NCBI GenBank assembly: GCA_018823135.1
Contig: JAHJJF010000051.1
Location: forward strand, 7,674 to 71,673
DNA from: Pseudomonadota bacterium
GTDB lineage: Bacteria; Desulfobacterota; Desulfobulbia; Desulfobulbales; CALZHT01
Length of the DNA: 64,000 nucleotides
Reading direction: 5' to 3'
Shown here: one piece after another, positions 1 through 10,083 of the stretch
Layout: every line of letters starts with the position of its first letter
How positions within the stretch are numbered: position 1 is the stretch's first letter
Made by a program: the position numbers and the translations under genes
The notes under the pieces: model-generated
The model's input: only the letters and a program-made list of their open reading frames with translations
Database searches by the model: none
What the model was told of the DNA's origin: nothing

Positions 1-100
1 CGGGGATCCGGCATCTGCGGAGTAGCGATTAAAAACCTGTTTTTAAGAGATTCCATTGGTATCAAATAATTAATGTGCTGGATAAACGTTCTGATCCTAA

Positions 101-130
101 AACCAGGTTGATCCTGGTTTCAGTTTTCTT
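101..130 (+). terminator. Possible rho-independent terminator of an upstream + strand gene
   Basis: AACCAGG-TTGAT-CCTGGTT hairpin (7 bp) followed by T-rich TCAGTTTTCTT. Confidence 0.4.
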
Positions 131-367
131 GATAACTTATATTATATCAGGCACAGGTACTTGGCAATACCGTGTTCACCATATCACAACAGCATAGCGC
201 AAAGAACCAGATAATCGCCTTATCAATCGGCATATTCTTTACCCCTGTTTAGAAAAATTTGACAGGTAATAAAAAAATAGCATTTACTTTTTTTCTTGTG
301 ATAGACTACTTTCAATTCCGTTAAACAGTTTTATTTATATTTAGCAATCCTTATGAAGGAGAAATGA

Positions 368-2563
368 GTGTCCACTATCGTTGAGAAAGAACTTGAAAGA
401 ATAATTAAATCCGACCAGCATGACCCCTTTCAGGTTCTCGGACTCCATATAATTAATCAATCGCCGCCGGAAGCTATTATCAGGACCTTCCAGCCCCACG
501 CATCATCCGTCAGAGTGCTCGCCAACGACCAGTCCCTTGACATGTATAAAATGCGCAGTGAGGGCCTCTTCGAACTGATCATTACCGGATATACCGAACC
601 CTTCGATTATTTTCTGGAGATCACAAGCTTCGATAACTCCCGAAAGACCTTCAAGGATCCATACCGGTACCTCCCCCAGCTTTCCGAATTTGACAGGCAT
701 CTATTCAATGCCGGCAATCATTACCAGATATTCGAAAAACTCGGAGCACACACCACCACCATCGACGGGGTTGACGGTACGATATTCAGAGTCTGGGCCC
801 CTTCTGCACGACGGGTCAGTGTTATCGGCGACTTCAACTGGTGGGACGGGCGCGTTCACCAGATGCGCTCCCTGGGCGGCTCAGGAATCTGGGAGCTTTT
901 CATCCCGGGAATCAAACATGGCGAAGCATATAAGTATGAAATCCGCGCTCAGGACATGAGCCTCCATGAAAAAGCCGATCCGTACCAGTTTTTTTCAGAA
1001 CTGCGCCCCAAGACCGCTTCCATTGTCTGGGACCTCAACACCTATTCCTGGCAGGACGAAGAATGGATCAATAACCGCGACAGGTCAACCCTCTATAAAA
1101 AACCTTTCTCAATCTATGAAATGCATCTCGGCTCCTGGCAGCGAGACCCCGGTAATGCGGAACGGTTTCTTACATACAGGGAGTTGGCCAAGTCGCTTAT
1201 CCCATATATAAAGGAAATGGGATTCACCCATATCGAGCTCATGCCCATCATGGAGCATCCCTATGATGAATCATGGGGCTACCAGACAACCGGCTATTTT
1301 TCTGTAACCAGCAGGCACGGTACCCCGCAGGATTTCATGTATTTTGTCGATTGCTGCCATCAAAACGGCATTGGCGTCCTGCTTGACTGGGCGCCGGCCC
1401 ACTTTCCCACCGACGGTCACGCCCTGGGAAGATTCGACGGTTCACATTTATACGAACATCAGCATCCACAGGAAGGAATGCATCCCGAATGGGGCACCCT
1501 GATCTTTAATTACGGCCGGAACGAAGTAAGAAACTTTCTCATCGCCAACGCTTTATTCTGGCTGGACAAATTCCATATCGACGGACTCCGGGTGGATGCT
1601 GTGGCCTCCATGCTCTATAAAGACTACGGCAGAAAGGATAAGGAGTGGATTCCAAACCCATATGGCGGCAAGGAAAACATCGAAGCGATAGAATTCCTCC
1701 GCCATTTGAACAGCGTTCTCTACGAGCGGTTTCCGGGCGCAATGACAATTGCCGAAGAATCCACAAGTTTCTACGGGGTCTCAAGGCCTGCAGACCAGGG
1801 AGGGCTTGGCTTCGGTTTCAAATGGAATATGGGCTGGATGAACGATATGCTTACTTTTTTCAGCAAGGATCCCATCTACCGGAAGCACCACCATAATTCT
1901 CTGACATTTTCACTGCTTTACGCCTTTACGGAAAGCTTTATCCTGCCTCTTTCACATGATGAGGTAGTACACGGCAAACGGTCGCTGCTTGCCAAAATGC
2001 CGGGCGACCCGTGGCAGCAGTTTGCCAATCTCCGATTGCTTTTCTTTTTCATGTGGACTCATCCGGGTAAAAAGCTGCTGTTCATGGGCGGCGAATTCGG
2101 ACAGTATTCGGAATGGTATTGCAAGGTAAGCCTGGACTGGCATCTCATGGAGCATGAAGGAAATCACCGGCGCCTGCATGAATTTGTCAAAACACTTAAC
2201 CACTTTTATCGAAATGAACCGGCGCTCTGGGAAGACGATTTTTCCTTTGAAGGATTCAAGTGGATGGATTTCAAGGATGTTGATAACAGCATCATCGCAT
2301 TTGCCAGGTTCGCAAACAATAAAAATGATCACCTGGTCTGCGTGCTGAACTTCACGCCACAGGCACACCACGGCTATAAATTAGGTGTCCCCTCTGACAG
2401 GAAATACAGAGAGGTATTTTGCTCTGACCTGACCTCTTTTGGCGGCACCGATGTCAAGAACCCGACCCTCAAAGATCCCATCCATGAGGCCTACGGTGAA
2501 GCACCGTATCATGTTCTTGTTTCAATACCACCGTTAGGCGGAATAATCCTTAAACCCGAGTAA
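368..2563 (+). CDS. glgB: 1,4-alpha-glucan branching enzyme
   Basis: 731-aa ORF with a GTG start 6 nt after GAAGGAG. GH13 branching-enzyme signatures are present: DWAPAHF, GLRVDAVASM, AEESTS, LSHDEVVHGK. Confidence 0.95.
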   Translation: MSTIVEKELERIIKSDQHDPFQVLGLHIINQSPPEAIIRTFQPHASSVRVLANDQSLDMYKMRSEGLFELIITGYTEPFDYFLEITSFDNSRKTFKDPYRYLPQLSEFDRHLFNAGNHYQIFEKLGAHTTTIDGVDGTIFRVWAPSARRVSVIGDFNWWDGRVHQMRSLGGSGIWELFIPGIKHGEAYKYEIRAQDMSLHEKADPYQFFSELRPKTASIVWDLNTYSWQDEEWINNRDRSTLYKKPFSIYEMHLGSWQRDPGNAERFLTYRELAKSLIPYIKEMGFTHIELMPIMEHPYDESWGYQTTGYFSVTSRHGTPQDFMYFVDCCHQNGIGVLLDWAPAHFPTDGHALGRFDGSHLYEHQHPQEGMHPEWGTLIFNYGRNEVRNFLIANALFWLDKFHIDGLRVDAVASMLYKDYGRKDKEWIPNPYGGKENIEAIEFLRHLNSVLYERFPGAMTIAEESTSFYGVSRPADQGGLGFGFKWNMGWMNDMLTFFSKDPIYRKHHHNSLTFSLLYAFTESFILPLSHDEVVHGKRSLLAKMPGDPWQQFANLRLLFFFMWTHPGKKLLFMGGEFGQYSEWYCKVSLDWHLMEHEGNHRRLHEFVKTLNHFYRNEPALWEDDFSFEGFKWMDFKDVDNSIIAFARFANNKNDHLVCVLNFTPQAHHGYKLGVPSDRKYREVFCSDLTSFGGTDVKNPTLKDPIHEAYGEAPYHVLVSIPPLGGIILKPE

Positions 2564-2584
2564 ACTTCATAGCATAGAGAAATT

Positions 2585-2788
2585 ATGGGAAACGTCGACA
2601 TACAACCTGAGGGAGATAGAATCAGAAAAGCGGTGAAATGGATTTGCGACACCCTGGCCATGTATCCCGAAAAAACCAGAGATGCAGTAATCAAAGATGC
2701 TGGAATCCGCTTTGACCTCACTCCCAAGGAATGCAGCTTTCTGGACCGGAAGCTGATGGACCAGGCTAAAGACGGCTCCGGGTGTTAG
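2585..2788 (+). CDS. Small hypothetical protein (67 aa)
   Basis: ORF directly downstream of glgB with protein-like composition. No family recognised and the RBS is weak. Confidence 0.4.
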   Translation: MGNVDIQPEGDRIRKAVKWICDTLAMYPEKTRDAVIKDAGIRFDLTPKECSFLDRKLMDQAKDGSGC

Positions 2789-2875
2789 CCCGCTTTTGTC
2801 AAGGGCACTTCACCTGTTTCGCGGATCTTTCACCGTTCCGGTTTGTAAAAAAAGGCTTTGAGCATATCCTGGCAG

Positions 2876-3322
2876 TCAATTCAGCTTGTCGTCCTTTTCT
2901 CTTGGCAGGGGAATTTTAAGGACCTCTATTCCTTCCTTTTCAAGACACTCCTCTTCTTCAGCGGTTGCCACTCCACGGATGTTCCGCATCGTTTCGACTC
3001 CGTAATGCATCTTGAGTGCTTTCTCTGCCAATTGGGCCCCAACATCCTCATAATTTTTTTCAACATACTTCTGCAACAGGATCAGGACCTTCTTGGCTGC
3101 AGCCTCCTGACTTGATTCGTCTTCCTCAATCTTCGGGTGGGAAATCCGCAGGTCTTTTCCGGTGTGAACTGCTACCGGGGATAAAATCTTGCGAATAGAC
3201 ACATCGCCGCATTGCGGGCAGGTCAGAATCCCTGACTCCAGCTGTTTTTCAAAATCATCACGGTCATTAAACCAACCTTCATACTGAAAACCGCAGATAC
3301 AGGCTAAATCAAAAATAATCAT
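2876..3322 (-). CDS. DUF1178 family zinc-ribbon protein
   Basis: N-terminus MIIFDLACICGFQYEGWF...LTCPQCG matches the DUF1178 pattern. I chose the ATG at 3322; the ORF track extends to a GTG at 3334. Confidence 0.75.
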   Translation of the reverse strand: MIIFDLACICGFQYEGWFNDRDDFEKQLESGILTCPQCGDVSIRKILSPVAVHTGKDLRISHPKIEEDESSQEAAAKKVLILLQKYVEKNYEDVGAQLAEKALKMHYGVETMRNIRGVATAEEEECLEKEGIEVLKIPLPREKDDKLN

Positions 3323-3379
3323 CGTTTTGCACACTTATAATTAATTTCTCATCAAACAAAACAAAAATCTGCTCAGACA

Positions 3380-4534
3380 CTAAAAATGTAACCATTCTCT
3401 ATATTGATCCGCAAGACAGTTCCACGAAAAACGCTCTGTAAGTTCATGGGCATTGTCCTTTGACAATCTCCCCTTTGCAAGGGTCGAAATAAGCGCCTCC
3501 TGAAAATCTTCATCAGCGTCATAAAGAAATTCAGCCGGAAACAACTCAGGATATGAAAGCCTCCCGGGCAAAAGCGGCCTGCAGCCGGCACGGACTGCTT
3601 CGATAACCGCGATTCCAAAAAATTCATGATTGGCAGTGGAAACTACGATATCCGAGTGCCTGAGAAGTTCGACATATTCTTTTCTTGACCGGGCATGGCC
3701 GAAATGGAGAATTCTCTTTGCGAGTAGATTTTCGGCCTGTTTAAAAACCGCCGGGGATTGCTTAAACGATTCGCCGGCGACAATCAACTTAAAATCAAAA
3801 CCTTTCTGATCCAGAGAATAAAGGGCTTCAAAAAATATCTCCGGCTGTTTATCGTGCTCCCAACGGTGATTCCATAAAATAACCGGATCATTGCCGTTGC
3901 GCAATCCTTCCTGCCGGTCAATGTCTTCAAAATCCTGGCCAGGAAACAGCACCCTGGATTTATTGCAAATCAGATGTTCGACCCCTTTGAACTTCATATC
4001 AGGCGTTTTCTTGAGGAAGTCCTTTAATCCAATGAGAAAGGTGGACAGATTGTGTTGAGAATTAAATGCAATGAGATCGGAAGCCAAGGCGGTTGTAAAA
4101 TTGGTCACGGCAAAATGATAGTCCCTTTCATCATCAACCTGCACTGGATAGGCGAATTGATTCTCATGAAAATAGGTGACAAGGGGGAGTGGTTTGGCCC
4201 AATCCGGGGCCAGGGAGCGGAAAGCCGCCACATCGACAAAGGTTGAGCAGAGGATGCAGGCATTCCCGGGCTGTTCATCCCGATGTCCCTGTTTATGAAG
4301 TTTGTCTGCGAAATACGGCGCCGCCAGACGCATGCGCCATTTCCATTTGCGGGCAGGGAGTGTATGAAATTCAAAATCAAGGTCGAGATGTTTCTCAAGA
4401 CCCCTTAAAAAAGCCTTATGGGAGCCGCCGAAATATGGCTCCAGCACGATAATTTTTTCCCGCGTTGAAGAGAGTACGGCGCCAGTCACATCAAACCTTA
4501 TTTCGGGCCGTATCCATAGCCCGGCGGAAAGCAT
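3380..4534 (-). CDS. DUF3524-type glycosyltransferase (GTDC1/QTMAN-like, tRNA-queuosine mannosyltransferase homologue)
   Basis: 384-aa ORF. The N-terminal IIVLEPYFGGSHKAF block is typical of DUF3524, and the C-terminal half is GT1/GT4-like. An in-frame GTG at 4488 would remove the 44-nt overlap with the upstream aminotransferase. Confidence 0.75.
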   Translation of the reverse strand: MLSAGLWIRPEIRFDVTGAVLSSTREKIIVLEPYFGGSHKAFLRGLEKHLDLDFEFHTLPARKWKWRMRLAAPYFADKLHKQGHRDEQPGNACILCSTFVDVAAFRSLAPDWAKPLPLVTYFHENQFAYPVQVDDERDYHFAVTNFTTALASDLIAFNSQHNLSTFLIGLKDFLKKTPDMKFKGVEHLICNKSRVLFPGQDFEDIDRQEGLRNGNDPVILWNHRWEHDKQPEIFFEALYSLDQKGFDFKLIVAGESFKQSPAVFKQAENLLAKRILHFGHARSRKEYVELLRHSDIVVSTANHEFFGIAVIEAVRAGCRPLLPGRLSYPELFPAEFLYDADEDFQEALISTLAKGRLSKDNAHELTERFSWNCLADQYREWLHF

Positions 4535-5681
4535 CTGAAGATCTTTGTATCACCGAGTTTTCAACGCAAAAGGCAAGCCGAAAATATCCGGGAGTACCGA
4601 AACCGGTGCCGGGGACGGCAAGTATTTTGTTTTGCTGAAGGATGTCAACAAATTCCACATCACTTTCAAGGGGAGATTTGGGGAAGACATAAAAAGCGCC
4701 CTTGGGTGCAACGAACTCGTAGCCACACTGTGAGAGAATATCGCAGAACATTTGACGGCGTACGGCATAGACACCGGCATCAATGGACGCCGGCGCCATC
4801 TCACCCACAACCCTTTGCATCAAGGCAGGGGCGTTGACAAACCCCAATATGCGGTTCGCCAGGATCATGACTTCAAGGAGTTGCAGACGGTCCTGAACCT
4901 CCGGGTGGACCGCGATAAAACCGATTCTCTCACCGGGGATGGATAAATCCTTGGAAAAGGAGGTCACCACCAGACTATTGGCGTAGGCGTTAAAAATACT
5001 GGGAACTTCCAGACCGTCGTAGACGATCTTCCGGTATGGTTCGTCTGAAACGATATACACCGGCGCGCCGAATTTTTTTTCTGCCTGCTTAAGCGCTTCG
5101 GCAAGTTGGGCAAGGGATTTTTCAGAATATATCTGCCCTGAAGGATTATTCGGACTATTGACGATAATTGCCTTGGTTTTTGGAGTAAGGGCTCGTGAAA
5201 TCGCCGATATATCCAGGCTGAAATCCTCGGCAGTGGCTACTATCACCGGGACCCCTCCATGGTTATCAATATAGAAAACATACTCGACAAAATAAGGCGC
5301 AAGAATTATCACTTCATCGCCGGGATTCAGCAGGGATTTCATGATCACGTTCAAACCGCCGGCAGCCCCGCAGGTCATGATGATATTTTCAAAACCAACT
5401 TCCACCCCCTGTTCGCCTGAAACTTTTTGAGCAACGCTTTGGCGAACCTTAGGATAACCGGCATTAGGCATATAAGCGTGTTGCCCGGCATTTTTTTCTG
5501 CGGCAAGACGCAACAGAGTCGCAGACAATTCTGCCGGCGGCGGAATATCCGGATTGCCAAGGCTGAAATCAAAAATATTCTCCGCACCAAACTCCGCCTT
5601 GAGCTTGGCGCCTTTTTCAAACATCAGACGGATCCAGGAGGATTTCTTTGAAAAGCCGATCATTTTATTTGAAATTGTCAT
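4491..5681 (-). CDS. Pyridoxal-phosphate-dependent aminotransferase, class I/II (Asp/Ala aminotransferase-like)
   Basis: 396-aa ORF with a GAGGAG RBS. It has the SFSK PLP-lysine motif, NPSG, and an LGNPD N-terminal motif. Confidence 0.9.
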   Translation of the reverse strand: MTISNKMIGFSKKSSWIRLMFEKGAKLKAEFGAENIFDFSLGNPDIPPPAELSATLLRLAAEKNAGQHAYMPNAGYPKVRQSVAQKVSGEQGVEVGFENIIMTCGAAGGLNVIMKSLLNPGDEVIILAPYFVEYVFYIDNHGGVPVIVATAEDFSLDISAISRALTPKTKAIIVNSPNNPSGQIYSEKSLAQLAEALKQAEKKFGAPVYIVSDEPYRKIVYDGLEVPSIFNAYANSLVVTSFSKDLSIPGERIGFIAVHPEVQDRLQLLEVMILANRILGFVNAPALMQRVVGEMAPASIDAGVYAVRRQMFCDILSQCGYEFVAPKGAFYVFPKSPLESDVEFVDILQQNKILAVPGTGFGTPGYFRLAFCVENSVIQRSSDAFRRAMDTARNKV

Positions 5682-5849
5682 GGATGACTCCTCACATATT
5701 CATATTTCTACGCCATTCCAGCAAGCATTCGAGTTGAGACCGCAAAGGCCCCTCGAGCAGCGACGAGACAGTATTCAGTACGGCGCGAAGCCGCAAAGCG
5801 CTGCCGACGACAAAGGTGTCGGTTTGAAGGCGCGAACTGCAAATTATCA

Positions 5850-6677
5850 TCATGCCTTGGCAAGACGCTGGTAAGCCTCATTAAGAAGCTTCATCTTCTC
5901 TTCGGCAACCTGCTTGAATTCTTCACCGAGATGATTCACCTTATCCGGATGATATTTCATACTGAGCGCGCGATAGGCTTTTTTGATTTCTGCCGGGGTT
6001 GCACCCGGCTCCAAGCCGAGAATCTCATAATATCTCGCATTATCCCCCACCCGCCTCTCACCGCTGCTCATATATTTTGCTCGTATGGACTGGTGGTCGT
6101 ATGATGAAATCCCCAGATAGTCAGCAATTTTCTGGGCCAGATCCATCTCGCGGACGTCAGGGGTCAAATCAGCATAAATAACCTGATATATGAGTTCAAG
6201 CAGGATCAATCGGGGCTCGTAGGCAAAACGCTGCTTGAAATCGGCCAGCAAAGAATCAAGAGTTACAGTTGACTCAGCAGCGTCTTTGATCAGATCGCGA
6301 ACCCAGTACATCTGGCTTTGTGAGTACTTGAGATGGTGGCGGAAAAAATCATTGATGGTGTTGATTTCTTCCTTGGATACCCGGTCATCGACCTGGGCTA
6401 TTTTAATGAGAATATTAACCAGCAGAAAAACAAAGGTATTATGAGTTTCGGTCTGGGATTTTTCATAAGTACTGACCTTTTTCCTGATGTAATAGGTAAA
6501 CCCCACAAAGGCCGCAATCCCCATAAGTATGAAAAATATTACGCCGAAAAACAGAATGCCGAGAAAATTAAACAGAGCCGGAGCGCCGCCGGTCATTAAA
6601 AGAATCAAGGCAATGACCAAAAGACACCCGCCGCAACCGGGTTGATCATGTCTGCGGTAATGTATTGAGCCGTTCAT
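5850..6677 (-). CDS. djlA: DjlA-like co-chaperone (N-terminal TM, TerB-like domain, C-terminal J domain)
   Basis: 275 aa. Hydrophobic N-terminus and a C-terminal YYEILGL...[16 protein letters not shown]-domain with HPD. Confidence 0.8.
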   Translation of the reverse strand: MNGSIHYRRHDQPGCGGCLLVIALILLMTGGAPALFNFLGILFFGVIFFILMGIAAFVGFTYYIRKKVSTYEKSQTETHNTFVFLLVNILIKIAQVDDRVSKEEINTINDFFRHHLKYSQSQMYWVRDLIKDAAESTVTLDSLLADFKQRFAYEPRLILLELIYQVIYADLTPDVREMDLAQKIADYLGISSYDHQSIRAKYMSSGERRVGDNARYYEILGLEPGATPAEIKKAYRALSMKYHPDKVNHLGEEFKQVAEEKMKLLNEAYQRLAKA

Positions 6678-6734
6678 CTGGTTTAAACCATCCTGGAGAA
6701 ATAAATATCAAAAGCTAAAAACATCTGGTGTGAC

Positions 6735-7826
6735 TTATTCCGAAAAAAGCGCATCCACAAACTCACTGGCATCAAAATCCCGCAAATCATCCATCTGTTC
6801 ACCAATGCCGATAAACCGGATCGGGATGTTGAACTCACGACAGATATTGACGACGATGCCGCCCTTTGCCGTGCCGTCAAGCTTGGTCAGGGTAAGCCCG
6901 GTGAGGCCACAGACCTCATTAAAAAGGCGCGCCTGGGAAATGCCGTTCTGACCGGTGGTGGCATCAATGACCAGCATCACTTCATGGGGCGCACCAGGGA
7001 TTTTTTTGGAAATGACCCTTTTTATCTTCCGAAGCTCTTCCATGAGATTCACTTTGGTATGCATGCGACCGGCTGTATCGATGAGAACCACATCATATTT
7101 TTTTGCCTTGGCGTGATCCAATGCATCGTAGACCACGGATGAAGGATCTGAACCGGTTTTCTGAGAGACCACCTCGACGCCTACCCTTTCTCCCCATATC
7201 TTGAGCTGGTCAACCGCAGCGGCTCTGAAGGTATCACCGGCAACCAGCAGCACACTGCGGCCGGCCTGTTTGAATTTATGAGCGATCTTGCCGATGCTGG
7301 TGGTTTTACCAACACCATTGACTCCGGTGACCATTATAACAAATGGCTCATTCTCCGGCATGGACATCTCTCGGGACAAATCGTTGCTCGACAAAAATTC
7401 AAGCATTTTCACCTTAAGCGCCTGCCGCAAGGTCTGGGGGTTGTCAAGCTCCTTCCGGCTCAAGCGTTCCCGTGCATCTTCAAGGAGATCCATGACGGTG
7501 TCCACACCAAGATCAGCGCTGATAAGAACTTCTTCCAGATCATCAAGGAGCTCCCGGTCGATCACCTTCTTGCCGAGAAACAATTCATCAACCCGGGTGA
7601 CGAAAGAATCCCTGGTTTTTGCAAGCTGCTCCTTGAGCCTCCCCAAAAGACCAGGTTTAGAGAATGATTCTTCAGTTCCCTTGACTACCGGCGGTTGAGA
7701 CTGAGCTGGCACGGATTCCACAGCATGTTCATCTGCCGTGACAACTTGCGGGGACGCAACTGCTGCTTTCTCGGATTCTGCATCCTTGTGTTTTGTTATT
7801 AATTTTCTTTTAAACCAACCAAGCAT
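6735..7826 (-). CDS. ftsY: Signal recognition particle receptor FtsY
   Basis: 363 aa with SRP-GTPase motifs [18 protein letters not shown] and an acidic N-terminal region. Confidence 0.95.
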   Translation of the reverse strand: MLGWFKRKLITKHKDAESEKAAVASPQVVTADEHAVESVPAQSQPPVVKGTEESFSKPGLLGRLKEQLAKTRDSFVTRVDELFLGKKVIDRELLDDLEEVLISADLGVDTVMDLLEDARERLSRKELDNPQTLRQALKVKMLEFLSSNDLSREMSMPENEPFVIMVTGVNGVGKTTSIGKIAHKFKQAGRSVLLVAGDTFRAAAVDQLKIWGERVGVEVVSQKTGSDPSSVVYDALDHAKAKKYDVVLIDTAGRMHTKVNLMEELRKIKRVISKKIPGAPHEVMLVIDATTGQNGISQARLFNEVCGLTGLTLTKLDGTAKGGIVVNICREFNIPIRFIGIGEQMDDLRDFDASEFVDALFSE

Positions 7827-7847
7827 TAATTTCTCCTTGCTTTCAAA

Positions 7848-9572
7848 TCAGACGGCGAACCATACTGAAAAGGCAATAATGAAAACCGTTGTTTCCACGG
7901 CAAATTCAAGTCGGAACCCTTCGCGGAACCTGCCTTTATCGTAAAAATAAACAAGCGCCCCCTGATAGATTATTCCAGGGCCGAGCCAGTAGGCCGCAAC
8001 CGGAAGCAATCCCATCAAGGGTGCGGACAAGACAATTATTATCAGAAGTGCATTGATGACATGCAGAATAAGCAGCGTTCTTTTTTCACCGATCCAGACC
8101 GGCAGGGTCTCCTTGCCCACCAGCCTGTCACCCAGAATATCAAACACATCAAAAAGCGCGCTTCGCAGGTATGCAAGGAGGAAGACAATAATTGTCCCAC
8201 CCAGTATATAAGGCGTCACCCCCGTTGAACTTTCAAATGCCGGTACCACTACAATCACAAAAGCCCAGGCCATGGCAACAAATATCGACTTTGAGCCCGG
8301 TATTTCCTTGAGTCCTCGAACACGTGTAACAGTGGATAAGGATTTCGGAATGAACCGGACGCTGTATAAAACCCCCAATATGCTCATCCCCAGAAGCAGC
8401 AGGAAGGATTGACTTCCCATACCGAATGCCAGGGTCAGCGAACCGGTAAGGGCTATTGCCGAGGCAATCAGAAAAGTCCATCGGTAGCGGCGATAAAACA
8501 ACGCCCGGATGGGGTCATTGATTTTCTTGGAGCGCTGGTCGGTAAAACGGTTAATATTATGCATGGCAAACAGATAGCCAAATGCCAGAAAAAAATTAGC
8601 GCCGCTCTGTTCGCCGCTCAACAGCTTTCCAAAGGCATAGGCCATAAGCCCTCCACCCAGGCTTATGTAAAAATTTGTTGCAAGCAGAAGCCACAGGAAC
8701 CTATTGATTACCGGGCGGATAAGGCCGTCACTTTTCCCGGGAACCGCTTCCAGGGCCCGCACTACCCACTTTATCATCCAGGAAGGTGTTGAAGCGCCGG
8801 CAGTTACCCCGACACAATCAAATGCAGACAGTGCTTTGATGTCGAGATCTTCCTGGTTTTCGATCATGAACACCGGGCATCCCATTCCCTGGGCAATCTT
8901 GCCGAGTCTTTGGGTATTAGCGCTCGCCTTGCCTCCCACCACAACCATAGCCTGAACTTTCTCACATAATTTCCGAACTTCTTCCTGACGTTTATGGGTG
9001 GAATCGCAGATGGTGTTAAACACTTCGCCGCCGGGGAAATATTCAAGAATCTTCTGACTGATGTTCTCAAAGGATATTTCATCCTGAGTGGTCTGACTGA
9101 CAATAATATAAGGGGCGGCCACCTTCAGCTTTTCAAGGTCTTGTTCGGAACTCACTACATGGCAATTTTCTCCTGCATAACCCATGAGTCCTTCAACCTC
9201 GGCATGGTTTCTGTCACCGATGATAACCGTTGAGTACCCCTTGTTGCGATATTTCTTGATGATAACCTGAACCTTGACAACTCTCGGGCAGGTGGCATCC
9301 TGGACCCTGGCGCCGGAAGCGATCAGCTGCTGTTTCAGGGCCGGCGGAATACCATGGGCCCGGATAATAATTGTTCCCTCGCCCTTTTCAGGAACGTGAT
9401 CCAGAACCCGGACGCCTCGTTCATTGAGGAGATCCAGAACCTGTGGATTATGAATGAGCGGCCCGAACGTGGCAATGCCCTCATCCTCCTTCCGGACAAT
9501 TTCAATGGTGGTTTCCACTGCTCGTCGAACGCCCATGCAGAATCCGGCATGGGCTGCAAGAATAACTTCCAT
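7848..9572 (-). CDS. ispH: 4-hydroxy-3-methylbut-2-enyl diphosphate reductase (IspH/LytB) fused to a C-terminal UbiA-like polytopic membrane domain
   Basis: 574 aa. Residues 1 to about 277 are a full IspH with three cluster Cys (FCMG, ATCP, ICDS). Residues from about 285 to 574 are multi-TM, with DVFDILGDRLVGKETLP (UbiA second Asp-rich motif) and NRFTDQRSKKINDP at the first-motif position. Confidence 0.85.
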   Translation of the reverse strand: MEVILAAHAGFCMGVRRAVETTIEIVRKEDEGIATFGPLIHNPQVLDLLNERGVRVLDHVPEKGEGTIIIRAHGIPPALKQQLIASGARVQDATCPRVVKVQVIIKKYRNKGYSTVIIGDRNHAEVEGLMGYAGENCHVVSSEQDLEKLKVAAPYIIVSQTTQDEISFENISQKILEYFPGGEVFNTICDSTHKRQEEVRKLCEKVQAMVVVGGKASANTQRLGKIAQGMGCPVFMIENQEDLDIKALSAFDCVGVTAGASTPSWMIKWVVRALEAVPGKSDGLIRPVINRFLWLLLATNFYISLGGGLMAYAFGKLLSGEQSGANFFLAFGYLFAMHNINRFTDQRSKKINDPIRALFYRRYRWTFLIASAIALTGSLTLAFGMGSQSFLLLLGMSILGVLYSVRFIPKSLSTVTRVRGLKEIPGSKSIFVAMAWAFVIVVVPAFESSTGVTPYILGGTIIVFLLAYLRSALFDVFDILGDRLVGKETLPVWIGEKRTLLILHVINALLIIIVLSAPLMGLLPVAAYWLGPGIIYQGALVYFYDKGRFREGFRLEFAVETTVFIIAFSVWFAV

Positions 9573-9630
9573 ATTACTTTGGCTTACGATTTATAGATTA
9601 TAAAGTATGTGTATTTGCAGTTTTAAAAAT

Positions 9631-9844
9631 TGTCGGACTCGCAAAAAGCACTCGTCGGACGCGTATTTCTCCTGCAACTTATTAAAATTACAGGTGGCGA
9701 TAATTCAGAATCCGGATTTTTGCGAACCCAGCAATTTTGTCGGACTCGCAAAAAGCACTCGTCGGACGCGTATTTCTCCTGCAACTTATTAAAATTACAG
9801 GTGGCGATAATTCAGAATCCGGCTTTTTGCGAACCCAGCAATTT
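9631..9844 (-). repeat. Tandem duplication of a 107-bp structured intergenic element (2 full copies, 1 mismatch) in the ispH 5' region
   Basis: 9631-9737 and 9738-9844 are identical except A9716 versus C9823. Partial related sequence flanks both ends. The strand is assigned from G.U-only pairings (see findings). Confidence 0.9.
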
Positions 9845-10083
9845 TGCGAAGACTTTAAACATAAACACTTGCTATTGCAAGTGGCATATATGACGCTCTT
9901 TACCCGATGAGATTTAAGTTTTTTCAGCCCGCCCAAAATGTTTTTTAAAATAGAAGATTTACAATCCTTCCTTTAAGTGCATATAGTTATAATAACAAAC
10001 AATGTTTAACAGGATCCGGTTATCAACTTGATTCACCGGAATTATCTCAAAATACAGCATTTACAGTGATAAGGAGGTGCGGC

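Noticed and set aside
9607-9893. ORFs of 61 and 87 aa inside the tandem repeat; the possibility of a CRISPR array
   Set aside because: The ORFs only repeat the same translated unit and lack start context. It is not CRISPR: there are just two contiguous 107-bp units with no unique spacers, and no cas genes are nearby.
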